In this document: positions 1 to 28,707 of the stretch, piece by piece
How positions within the stretch are numbered: the stretch's first letter is position 1
How the letters are laid out: every line of letters starts with the position of its first letter
DNA from: Camelus dromedarius
Taxonomy: Eukaryota
NCBI RefSeq assembly: GCF_036321535.1
Contig: NC_087444.1
Span: forward strand, 69,626,001-69,690,000
DNA: 64,000 nucleotides
Direction: 5' to 3'
Position numbers and translations under genes: made by a program
Notes under the pieces: model-generated
Database searches by the model: none
What the model was told of the DNA's origin: nothing
The model's input: the letters and a program-made list of their open reading frames with translations, nothing else

Positions 1-720
1 TCTAAATTAGCAACATTCTACTCTGAATTTCAACATTCTAGGACTACAACTTTTCAATTTTCCTAGATTACCATACACCAGCATCTCAAGATTCTAGATA
101 CAACAGCTTTCCAACTTTCTAAGATTCCCACATTCCAACTCTCGAGGATCTTGGCATGTCTGAATTCCAATATTTCAAAACTACATTCCAACATTCCACA
201 GTTCTGAACCCATCACTCAAGAGGTCCAAGCTGCCACTTTCTAAGATCTCAGCCTTCCAAAATTCTAACAAGATTCCAGCACTGAGTCCCAATATTCTAG
301 GTTACCAATATTCCACTTTCTCCAACTCCAACATTTGTGGATGCTAATATTTTAACACAGGATTCCACTATTCTGGGCCCAATATTCAAGGACTCCTATC
401 TGCCAACACTGGAGACTCCAGTCGGACAGTGGGCAATCCTCCGATTCTGGATTCCGAAGTTCTAGGATTCCAACATGCCTTGAGTCCAACATTCTCAGAT
501 TCCAATAATTAACATCGAATTCTAACATCCTAGAATTCCCAACATTCTAGAACCAACCCCTACCTGCCAACAATATAGGAATCTAACATGGCGACGTTCT
601 AATATTGAATTCCCACTTTCTTGGTGTTCAACATTCTAATGGTCTCTGATTCCAACACACTAGCAAGAAAGCAAGCTGATCTCAACAATCGAGGACTTCC
701 AGTTCACACATTCAGCATCC
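1..720 (+). repeat. Degenerate ATTCCAACATTCTAG-like repeat
   Basis: CAACATTC at 11, 31, 189, 487, 540 and 629; ATTCCA at least 9 times, all on the + strand. Confidence 0.7.
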
Positions 721-873
721 TAGGCCTCAGACCTCACCCCCTGAGCCCTCCAGGCTGAAGGAGATGCCAGCCCAAGCACAGCACCAGGCAGGTGCCCAAC
801 CTGCGGTGCCTGCTCAGCAGATGTCCAGAAGGTCTCCAGCCCGGAAGGCCTCCGTGAAAGGCTGCAAGGTTCA

Positions 874-9050
<8,177 letters not shown>

Positions 9051-9353
9051 GGGTTCAATCAGAGGATGGGGACACGGTACAAGAAGTCCGAGGAGGTCCA
9101 CCCGGAGTGGAGAGTGAGGAGGTGGGGCAAAGGGGGAGAGTGTCAGCCAGAAGACAGGGAGCCAGTGGGGCGGGAGCCCCAAGGAATGGGGGCCGTAGGA
9201 GCATCACCCAGAGTGGGGAAGGGGTCAGAGGTTGAGGCAGAGGATGGGGTAGGGGGCCTGAGGAAGGAGAGTGACGGTGGGAAGATGGGGCACAGGACAT
9301 CTGACAGATGAAGAAAGGCAGAAAAGCACCCACTCCTGAAAGAACTGCTCTCC

Positions 9354-9359
9354 TTTATT
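9354..9359 (-). terminator. B9D2 poly(A) signal AATAAA
   Basis: tttatt on the + strand about 265 nt past the stop codon. Confidence 0.75.
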
Positions 9360-9624
9360 GAGCCCTTCCACGAGCAAACAGCTTCTTTGCACTCAACCCA
9401 CTTTGCACTCAACCCACACAATGACTGACCCCATTTTACAGAAGGGAAAACTGGGAGGGGCAGCCAGTGGGCTTGAGGTGCTAGACAGGACAGAAGCCAC
9501 ACTATGCCTTGGTTGGAGTCAGGTCTGACAGTTTCCAAAGTCCATGCTTCTGACCACTGAGCCATCCTGCCCATCACTGGGTGTCCTGAGATATGGGTGG
9601 GGCCAGCTGTTGATGCAGGGTCCT

Positions 9625-15614
<5,990 letters not shown>

Positions 15615-15739
15615 TTATCATTGCCTTGTGAGAAAAGTGTACAATTATCTCCACCTAACAGATGGGAAAACTGAGGCCCACCAAGTAAGAAGCAATACTT
15701 GGGATTCCAAGCTAGTTTTCTCAAACCACGAGGCTGCGG

Positions 15740-16420
15740 TCTTAATCATGATACTAACTGCCTCTCCAAGACAGCCCCGGAAAAATGAGAGGCGAGAAAC
15801 GGACCAGCTGAGGAGCTGGCGTCTAACTCAGCCGGCCTCCAAAATAACCTCTTCCTCCCGATCATTGCAGCGGAAAGTCCCGCCCCAGGGCCCATAGCCC
15901 CGCACACAAGCACAAAGCCCCGCCTCCTCACGTCGGATCCCTCCCTTCAGATTCATGAGGCGCATGCGTTCTAAGTGCAGGGCACTTTAGCCCCGCCTCT
16001 GAGCTAACGCATGCGTTATTCCTACCTCAGAGCACCTAACGGTTACCAGAGGTGAAAGCGCCGGCGACGATTGGAGTTCATGGGCTTGAATGTTTGTCTC
16101 TCCGCGGACACTGACCCTCAGGCCTGGCTCGCGCCTCTCCCAAGACCTTCCTGGCAGCGAGAGATCTGAGGGGCCGATCCCTCCGAGGCCGCGCCCGGCT
16201 CCCGCCTCCCTGGTTGTTGCTAGGGCGACAGTAGCCTCCGCCCCTGGCCTTGCCCCCGCCCTGCGGGTTGCTAATTGGCCCTAGCGGTCTATGGGGGCGG
16301 GGCTGAGATGTGATGGACTTTTTCTCTCCTGGTTTCTCCATTTTGTGACAGGCGTCTGTCCAGCCGCGACCCACGGTTCCGCCATTCGGGGCGTGGCCCT
16401 GCTGTTGCCATCTTGAGTGT
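15740..16420. promoter_or_regulatory. CpG-rich B9D2 promoter, probably bidirectional with TMEM91
   Basis: NRF1-like GCGCATGCG 15960-15968 and palindrome AACGCATGCGTT 16006-16017; X-box GTTGCTAGGGCGAC 16216-16229; YY1-like GCCATCTTG 16407-16415; GC boxes. Confidence 0.75.
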
Positions 16421-17590
16421 GGCTGAGGAAGTTTGATCATCAACTGCTTCTCCCAGACACCTTTTTTTTTTTTTTTTTTAACAAAGTAAGCAAGTACATC
16501 GATGCCCCGTGCGCCCTAAAACTCTCTTCACAACCAGAACCACAAATCAGAGACTTGAGCCAAAGCCAAGGGGGAATCTCCGTCAGATGGCTGTGTGCAT
16601 CCTCCGCCTCATAACTAGAAAAAAACCCCAAAACTCATTCAGAGAAGTTGGGGAGGGGGTTCCTTTTTAGAGTTCCCCCAAGCTTCTCAAGGACTGATAA
16701 ATCCAACTTCCTTCTCAGCAATACTGTCCAGTTCTTCACTGTTAGTGGCGATTCTGAGCAAGGAGTCGGGTATGGGGGAAGGGGTATGAGAAATGAGGAA
16801 CTGAGGCCCCTTTATCTGCAGAAAATCCTGTTCTTAAAGGCTGAACTCTGTCAGTAACTTGTGACCTTGCATGACTAGGTCTCAATTATCGCATCCATGC
16901 AATGGGCACAAGGAGAGTAACTGAGTCAGAAGCACTCATTCTGATTTCCAGAGCAGTGACTTTCCCACCCTTTAAGTCCAACTGAACCTTAGTTCGTGTC
17001 TTATTCCTCCAGCCCAAACCAAAAGAGTCCAAAAGGAACTTTTCCCCCTATCTTTTAGCAAAACGGGGACTGCAAAAGTTAGAGTCACCAGCTGAAAGTT
17101 ATAGCTAGGGGGCAACATTTCAATGGGATGATATTTACATAAATAAAATAATTCAATAGGTTAATATTTCACTAATAGGTGTATTTGAAAGTCACCATTT
17201 ATGGAGTGATTTCTCTGTGCTAGCCCCGTAAACTGATTGTTTTGTATGCATGATCTCCTTTAATCCTCACAGCTATCCCACAGGGTAGGAAATTATCAGC
17301 TTTATTTAAGATGAAGAAATTAGGGCAAAATCATTTGCCTTAAACCAAAATGATTATAGTTCTGTCTCTGTCCTCAAACTCTATGTTCCTAACCTTCTGC
17401 TTTCCTGCCTCTCTTGGATACACATCTCCCAGTATCAAATATGGAGGTTATGCACGTCCTCCTCGACTCCATCACGTCCCATATACAACCAGTCATCAAA
17501 GTTCCATACAAGTCTACTTCTTAAATATTTTTTCTTCAGTTGGTTTCTTCCCCACTGGTTGATATTACTGATTAAGAAAAATGCTTCCCA

Positions 17591-17707
17591 GGGGGCAGAG
17601 TATAGCTCAGTGGTAGAGCACATGCTTAGCAAGCGTGAGGTCCTGGGTCCAGTCCCCAGTACCTCCATTAAAAATAAATAAATAAAGCTAATTACCCCCT
17701 TCCCCCA
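17591..17707 (+). mobile_element. Vic-1-like SINE
   Basis: GGGGGCAGAGTATAGCTCAGTGGTAGAGCA...CCCCAGTACCTCCA plus (AAAT)n tail; TSD AAAAATGC(T/C)TCCCAG at 17577-17591 and 17708-17722. Confidence 0.9.
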
Positions 17708-17854
17708 AAAAATGCCTCCCAGTTCAACTACCTGGGTTTAAGTCTTAGCTCTGCCCCTTCTGTGTGACCTTCAGCCTCTCTGGGCCTCAGTTTCCTCATC
17801 TGTAATGTGAGTGATGGTATCTACCTTGTTAGATTACTGTCAGGATTTAATGAA

Positions 17855-18561
17855 TGTATGAAGCTATTTTAAAATATGTCCACAGACTCTTTAACACTCC
17901 TTCTTTCACTTGGTAGAGCCTAATTTCTCTCCTCTTGAGTATAGGCTGCACTTTGTAACTTGCTTCTAACCGGTGGAATATGGTAGAAGTGGTTGGTGTG
18001 TGACTTCTGAGACTAGGCCATAAAAGGCATTGAGGCTTCCTCCTCTCCCTCTCTCTCTTTTTTTTTCACTTGGAGGGGGAACATAATTAGGTTTATTTAT
18101 TTGTTTGTTTGTTTGTTTATTAATGGAGGTACTGGGGACTAAACCCAGGACCTCGTGCATGCTAAGCACGTGCTCTACCACTGAGCTATACATACCTACC
18201 CCCTCAATGTCTCTCTTGAATGGCTCAGCTTGAGAGAGACCAGCCACCAGATTGTGACAGCAGTGAAGCAGCCAGTGGAGAGACCCCAGTGGGGAAGAAC
18301 TGAGGCCCCGTGCCAACAACCAGCACCATGTGAGTGACCCATCTTGGAAGGAGACCTTTCAGCCACATCAAATCTTCAGGTGACTGTTGCACCTGGCCAA
18401 CATGCTGACTGTAACTTCATGACACCCTAAGCCAGAACCAGCCAGCTAAGTCATCAACAGATTGCTGACCAACAAAAACTATGTCTGATGATAAATGTTT
18501 ATTGTTTTAAGCCAGTAAGTTTGGGGAGATAATTTGTTACACAGCAGTAATAACTAATACA
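17855..18561 (+). mobile_element. MLT1 (ERVL-MaLR) solo LTR, E/F-like
   Basis: AAAATATGTCCACA...; 3' end TTTAAGCCAGTAAGTTTGGGG...ATAACTAATACA. Confidence 0.8.
18061..18205 (-). mobile_element. Vic-1-like SINE nested in an MLT1 LTR
   Basis: Reverse strand reads TATAGCTCAGTGGTAGAGCACGTGCTTAGCATGCACGAGGTCCTGGG...ACCTCCA plus tail. Confidence 0.9.
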
Positions 18562-18729
18562 AATGCCTAATGCATTTAGGGTAGTGCCTGGCACAAAGGA
18601 AGCATTATGAATGTTTGCTATTATTGATGGTTTTTATTGTTGACGTTGTTGTTGTAACTGAAATGACATACACACGTGTTTTACAATAAGCACGCTGAGT
18701 ACTTATTGATGGGCTTTTTACTTTTAAGG

Positions 18730-21060
18730 TTTTCAAAATTGTGATAAAATACACATAACATAAAATTTACCATTTTAACTGTCTTTAAGTGTACAATTCA
18801 GTGGCATTAAGTACATGCACACAGTTGTGCAACCAGTCTCTAGAACTATTCTCATCTTGCAGAACTGAAACTCTGTACCTATTAAACAAAAACTCCCCAT
18901 CCCTCCCTTCCTCCAGCCCTCTGGTAACCACCTATCTACCTTCTGTTGCTATGAATTTGACAACTCTAGGCGCCCATATGAGTAGAATCATTCATTGTTT
19001 GTCCTTTTATGACTGGTCTATTTCACTTATCATAATGTCCTTTAGGGTCATCCATGCTGTAGTGCATGTCAGAATTTCCTTCCTTTTTTTAAAAAAATTA
19101 TATAGCAGTCTTTTATTTATTTATAATTATACTCTTTATTTATAATTATATACTTAAATTTGAAGTATAATTGACCTACAACACCATGTTAGTTCCAGGT
19201 ATACAACATAATGATTCAGTATTTCTATATATTACAAAATGATCAGCACGGAATTTTCTTCCTTTTTAAGGCTGAATAACATTCAGCCCATTTTCTTTAT
19301 CCATTCATCTGTTAATGTACAGTTGGTTACTTCCTCCTTTTCCTGGCTATTGTTAATAATGCTNNNNNNNNNNNNNNNNNNNNNNNNNNNNNNNNNNNNN
19401 NNNNNNNNNNNNNNNNNNNNNNNNNNNNNNNNNNNNNNNNNNNNNNNNNNNNNNNNNNNNNNNNNNNNNNNNNNNNNNNNNNNNNNNNNNNNNNNNNATA
19501 GTGACTATTCACATTGTTTTATATCTTGCATTTTTCACCCAGTGATACATCTTGGAAATTTATCCACATCAGTATGTAAAGATCTAACTCACTCTTTTTC
19601 AAAAATAAATGTTTTGAAGTATAATATATGTACAGTAAAGTGCACAAATCATAAATGAGCAGCTGGATTAAATTTCATGAACTGAATGAACCTGGTAACC
19701 AGAACTCAGCCCATGTAAAGAACATGACCAGCCCCCTAGGATGCCCATCATGCCTTTTCCAAGATGCCCCCAAGGGAAACCACTAACTGGATTTCTAACA
19801 ATATGGATTAATTTTGCCTGTTTTTTACTTTATGGAAATGAAGTCGCACAGTATGCATTGTTTTGTGTCTGCTGTCTTTGGCTGTGTTTTGCTTGTGAAA
19901 TTCATTCACGCTATTGCATATGGCTGTAGATCTTTCATTCTCATTGCTGTATAGTTTCCTCTGTGTGAAGATGCCACACTTTATTTATCCATCTGTTGAC
20001 ATATGTTTGGTGGACATATGTTCAGATCTGAGTGGAGTGAAATTGCTGGGTCATAGGATATGTTCAGCTACAGTAGTAACTGCCCAACAAGTTTTCCTAG
20101 TGGTTGGACCAATTTGGATGCCCACCAGCAGTGTATGAGAGCCTCCCCAACCCCATCCTCACCAACATTTCCTGGTGGTGTGTTCCTTCATTTAGCTGTT
20201 CTGGTGGGTGTGTACTGGTATCGCATTGTGATTTTAATTTGCATTTCCCTGATGACTAGTTGAGTAACTTTTTAAATGTTCATTGCTCCCTTGGATTTCC
20301 TCTTTTTGTGAAATTTTTGTTCAATTCTTTTGCTTGATTTTATGTGTGTGTATATATATACAGATATATACATATATATTATACCCATAACTCATTATTT
20401 CTAACAATAAAATTCTCCTAAGAACAAGAGGATTCTCCTATATAACCAAAATACCAATTTAACATTTCCCCAAGTATCAATTTAACATTGATGCAAAACT
20501 ATCATCTAATTTATAGTGTATATTCAAATTTCGCCCACTGTCCCAATAACATACCTTATCACCATCTGCTCTCCCTCCGGGATCACACTTTGTGTTTTGT
20601 TGTCATGTTTCCTTAGTCACCTTTGATCTAGAACAGGCTTCCAGCTTTTAAATCTTTGTTATTGTTTTGGTTTTCATGACACTGACATTCTTGAAGAGTA
20701 TAGACCAGCTACTTTATACTGTGTCCCTCAATTTGGCTTTGTCCCATGTTTTCTCATGATTAGATTCAGATGATGCATTTTTGGCAGAAAAATCACAGAA
20801 ATGATGTTGTGTCCTAAGTGTATATCAGGAGGGACACAATGTTGATTTGTCCTAATACTGATGTTAATTTCTATCTCCTGGTTACAGTGATATTGTCCGT
20901 TATTACTATTTTTTTCCCTTTGTAATAAATATATGATCTGTGGGAGCATACTTTGAGACTTAATAAATATTCTGTTCCTCATCAAACTTTCAGTCAGTGT
21001 TTAGGCTTCTGTTGATGATCCTGGCTGGAATCTCATGTTTAATATTCCACGACCATCACA
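18730..21060 (-). mobile_element. Cluster of old L1 3' fragments (L1MB/L1MC/L1ME-like) with a nested younger L1 tail at 19089-19250
   Basis: AT-rich L1 3' UTR signatures; nested piece bounded by a 17-bp TSD; N-gap 19364-19497 inside. Confidence 0.7.
19364..19497. other. Assembly gap (134 N)
   Basis: Directly visible. Confidence 0.99.
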
Positions 21061-22559
21061 AACTCCAAGAGGCCAGGGTCTCTTGTGGTATCCTGGGGAG
21101 ACTGACTATACAAGGCTGATGGCAGCCAGAGAGATCTACTGGACATGAATAAATCTCTAGGGTGGACAAGGGAGTCGGAGGGACCTATATTGCTCAGAGG
21201 TTTGGTAAAAAAAACAGGCTGGTGGGAATTCATGCCCCCACCCCACAAATATGTATTGAAGCCCTGCTTTGTGCCAGGCACTGTTCTAGGCCCTGAGGCA
21301 CAGCAGTGAACAAAAGAGATCAAATCCCAGCCTGGCTGGAACTGACACTGATGTGGGAGGATTCAAACTACAAACAACAGAAATATATGTTTCATAGTGA
21401 TAAGCAATAAGAGCGAGGTTAAGGAGACAGAGAGTAACAGGGTCTCTCTCCCCATAAAACAGGTCTCTCATCTTCCCTCCGTGGATCTCCCCGCCTGTTG
21501 TCTGCCAGAAACTCTGGCTGAGCCAAGTGCACTTCCAGACACCATCTGCTCTCCCCGGGAGTGGGGCCTGTGCCAGCTCCAGCGTCTGGACTCTTGGCAC
21601 GGAGCCCCAGAGCCCTGGAGCAAGGGAACTCTGGCCGGCCCCACATCAGGAAGGGAATCCTCCAGTTTGACTGTCTGGGACTGGTGAGATGGAGGGCTTC
21701 CGAGAAAGGGAAGCCAATGCAAGATGGGTGGGCTCCCTGAAAGAGGTGGAGGCCGGCAGGGTGAGAAATCCTCTAATCAGACTGATGAAGATGGAAATAA
21801 ATAATTATATTCCTAAATACCAGACATGTTCGGAGTGCCTAGTTTGGGGCAGATGTTGGACATTTGTTATGGCACCTAATCTAAGTGTTTTATATATATT
21901 ATCACATGTAAGAGGCAGGGAGTATTTACTACATTTTACAGATGAAGAAATTGGGGGCTCAGAAAGGTGATGCCATTATCCAGAGGTCATATAGCAGGTG
22001 CCTTGAAGAGCCTGGAAAGGAAAGGTCTGTGTGGGTCCAAACACTGCCTCATAACCACCACCTGTACCACCTGATAAGTAGCACGCCACCCCTGGCCCAC
22101 TCCCACCTCCGCACCCTTTCCCTGAAAGCCCCTACCTCACCTGCTGCCTCTGCTTTCTCCCCTCTCTTTGGGCCAGCAAGAAACACAGCCCTGGGTTGCA
22201 AACTGCTGGTGGATCCTAGTACCAGTTGTTTACCTTGGCCAAGTGAGCACACATCTCTGAGCCTCAGTCTCCTTATCTGCAGAATTGGGATAGGAATAGA
22301 GCTACTGAGAGGAATCCTTGAGATGATAATGCAGGGCATCTAACCCAGGGGCCGGATGTAGTCTGCACTCAGTGACCCCGCGGCGTGCTCGTAGGCAAAT
22401 CCTAACCTCTCTGCGCCTGTTTCCCCCTGGGCACAACAGGACAATCAACGATCGTTCTTAGGAATAAACGTATACGTGTATGTGTAAAGCACTAGGAACC
22501 TTACCCACAGTTAGCTGTGGTTGCCGTTATTATTGCTGGGCAGCGGGGAGGACAGTGGG

Positions 22560-23060
22560 GTGGAGGCGGGGCCAAGCCAGGAAGGCCCTGGAGAATTGGG
22601 GCGCCCCCTCCACCGTCCTACAGCTTTTGGGTCTGGGTTCGGGAGGGTCTGTGCTCAGAGACTACCGCCTGCTCCTCCACACCCGGGGTAGCAGGGACCC
22701 ACGCCGGGCGCTGACGTCGGCCTTCAAGGCCCCCTCCCCGGCTCGGCAGAGGGAGGAGCCTGGGGCCCGCCGCCCCGCCCCCATCCCCGCCCCCGCGCGC
22801 TGCGGGCCAGGGGCCCTGGGAGGGGCGCCGAGCGGCGCGCACAGACCCCGCGCCCCCAGGCCCCGGTCCCGGCACCGGGGAAAGCGAGGTTCACGGAGTT
22901 CCCCCACCCCGGGAGGTAGGGTCGGGGCGGGTGTCTGTGCAGGGGGCCCAAGAGGTTTCGGCCTATGGCCGTGGGCGGTGAGTGAGGGGCTCAGCTGGGG
23001 GGGGGGGGGGGGGCGGGTACCGCTTTCCCCCGGGTCCTGGCGTTGGGGATCCGGAGGCAA
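22560..23060 (+). promoter_or_regulatory. CpG island, candidate proximal TMEM91 promoter / non-coding first exon
   Basis: Dense CpG; CRE-like TGACGTC 22712-22718; donor-like GAG/GTAGG at 22915/22916; about 1 kb upstream of the acceptor at 24004. Confidence 0.6.
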
Positions 23061-23913
23061 AACCTTGGTGAGGAAATCGGCTCAAGGCAGGTTTGTACTG
23101 AGGGCGGGAGACTTGGGGACCCCTCAGGGGGATAGTGAGGGCAAGAAGAATATTCTCTGGTTGAGTTGAGTGTGTACGTGTGGTGGTTTGCGGATGTTAT
23201 GGGGGAGGTGTGCAAAGGTGGATTCTGGTGAGGTGTTTGGGGAGCTGGTAGGTGTGAGTCATGGATGTGGCTGGAGTAGGAGAGGGGTGTGTGGCTCTGG
23301 GTATCTGGGGCAGGTGTACAAGGAAGGTGATGGGTGGGAACAGGGGAGAGTGTCCAGGCTGCATGTGTGGGAAGCCTGTGTATATATGTGTATCTGGGGG
23401 AATCTGATGCTGGGGGGATTAGGATGAAGGTGCAAGGAGTTATTTGGATGAGTGTGTGAGAAGCTTGGGGCTCCAGAGAGGTGTTTTCTGCGAGCTTATT
23501 TTAGGGGGGCAAGTATGCAAACAGTCCCTTGGGACATGAATGTGCACAGGAGGAGGGGGTGTTGGGCTTGCCTGGATGGGTACGTGTGGCAGGGGACTTG
23601 GGGATTGAGAATGTGAAGGCTTGGGGGCCACAGAGGGTGTGTGAACTACGCATAATTGGGGATGGGCGTGGGGGGGAGGGATGGGAGTGTGAACCCAGTA
23701 TGGGTGTGAAGTTCATGGGCCAAGTAGGTGTGTAAGGCATGGTTTGGAATAAATGTGCAACAGGTATGTGGTTTTGACCTGAAGAGAGAGTAGCCCAGAA
23801 CCAAATGTCCAGATTCCTGAGTTCTTGTCACAACTTGGATGAAACTCTTTTTACTCCCTGGGCCTCAGTTTCACTATCTGTAAAATGGGTCTGAAGATCA
23901 GTCAGCTACCTAA

Positions 23914-26827
<2,914 letters not shown>

Positions 26828-26985
26828 TTGCCCCTGCGGCCCCCACTGTGAACCCAGAGGCTGGCCGCCCAGCGCGTCCGCGGTCGGAGTGGAGAATCCG
26901 GGTGGATGAGGCGGCGGCGGTAGCGTCCAGAAATGGGAGGGCGCCGGACCACCCCCGCCCCGCTTCCTGGAGGCCGCAAAGAGCG

Positions 26986-26991
26986 ATTAAA
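26986..26991 (+). terminator. TMEM91 poly(A) signal ATTAAA
   Basis: Variant hexamer about 160 nt after the stop codon, followed by a TG-rich tract. Confidence 0.65.
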
Positions 26992-28701
26992 CACCAGACA
27001 CTCTTGCCGCCAAACCTGTGTCTGTCTGTGTGTGTGGGAAGGTGGAAGGGGCTGGCGGCGCCTGACCCCTGGAGGGGGCGGGCCAGAGTGACGGGCTGTC
27101 CCCAGGGTGCCCCCTGACACCTCAGAGCTAGAGAAGGGGGAATCCGCCGCGCGGCCCGGAGGGCTTCCAAATTGCAGAATATTCTCTTCACAGCATGGGT
27201 GGTCGGTAGAATTAGAGAAAGCCAGGTTGCAAGTCCTCACTCCTCCATGTTCATTGTGGAACCTCTGCCCAAGTGCCTTCTCTCTGAGCCTCTTTTTCTC
27301 ATTTGCAAAATGGGACTATTTCCCCCCACACCTGAAACAGACCCGAAGACTGTGGGTCATACATGTAAACCGCAGCCTCCCTCTGAGCTCCTTTGACAGC
27401 AAATGGCAGAAATCCAACAAGGCCTGCCTTGCCCAAGAAAGGGCAAGAAAGCCGACACAGTACCGTATTCAGGGCTCAAATTAAATGGTCTGGTCTCCTC
27501 ATCTCTTGGCCCTCCTTTCTCCTGTTGGCTTCACTGTGCAGGCTCCCCCTTCTGGGAGAGAAAAATGGCCCCAGGTAGCTCAGGTACCCCAGAGGTCCTG
27601 TTCCTCAGGAACTCTCTCGTTGGCCCTCCTGGGGTAGGAGGCAGCCCCCTCAAGTGGCCCGAGACTGGGAGGCTGGGATGGATGGAGCCTTAAGACATCA
27701 AAGGCAGGCAAAACAGCCGTCTGCCATGAACACTTAGCAGAAGCACGTTAAATGGGGCCTGATAACACCAAGTAACAAGGCGACAGTGGTTTAGTTTTCT
27801 CACTCCATTTAAAGCCATTTAATCTCGCTAGGAGGAAATACTGTTCCCCATTTGTGCCCTCCTGAGTGTCTTCACGGATCATAATTTTAAGCTAGATATT
27901 TATGCATTTCCTTCTTGGTTACTGGGGATGAAAATGACACCTGCCCAAAGGGCAATTGTGGGCACCTCGTGAGCCAGTTCAAGTGTGAAGTGTCCAGAAG
28001 GCCCCCCAGCGTGTCACCTTCACCATGCACCCCCAAGTGGCAGTGGCAGACAGGATCTGGCAGCCATGTGGCCCACCGGTGGGAACACTACTCCTGAAGG
28101 ATGTTCCTGGCTCCTATTCCCTAAATATGAGGGTTGTGATCAGTCAAATCAAAACTAAAAATATACCCATTTCCAAAAGCCCCTTAGGGATTGCTCCCAC
28201 CCCTGAGAACCAACAGGCCTCAGCCACTTTGGTTCACAGAGAGGGAACCGCAGTCCAGAGTGTGCTGGCATCTCCTGGGTTTGTCTGAACGGTGAGGGCT
28301 CTGGGTTTGGACTCAGTGGAACCCATGCTGCACCGCTAATTAGGTGGTGACCCCTGGCAGTTAAAAGACTCAGAACCAGATTCCCCTGAGGCCCAGAAGG
28401 CCTGTTACCTCCCTGAGCACCCCTCCCTCCTCCCACCCTCATTCTGCTTCAGCTACACTGGCCACCTTGCCAGCCCTTGAACCTCTGCAGGTCTCTGCCA
28501 GGGGTCCTCCCCCCACATATCTGTGAGTTCCTGAGCCTGCCCCTGGCCTCTTCCCGGGCTTCCCTTGGATGTCCCCCTTTCCATGAAGGTGTCTCTGACT
28601 GATGTATTAAATTTGCCCTCCTCAAACGAACCCGCCAAAACCCCTCTCCCGGCCCCGTCCCTTTTTAAAATAACATTTGCCACCATTCAACAGACACCAA
28701 C

Positions 28702-28707
28702 TTTATT
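28702..28707 (-). terminator. EXOSC5 distal poly(A) signal AATAAA
   Basis: tttatt on +, about 330 nt after the stop codon. Confidence 0.7.

Noticed and set aside
11-40. CAACATTCTA repeated at 20-nt spacing as a CRISPR-like array
   Set aside because: Mammalian intron, repeats too short and irregular, and no cas genes. Reported as a degenerate repeat instead.
17591-17670. tRNA-Ala gene calls (also at 11400, 18124, 49040 and 61720)
   Set aside because: A-rich tails, TSDs, altered 5' ends and damaged A or B boxes show that these are SINEs.
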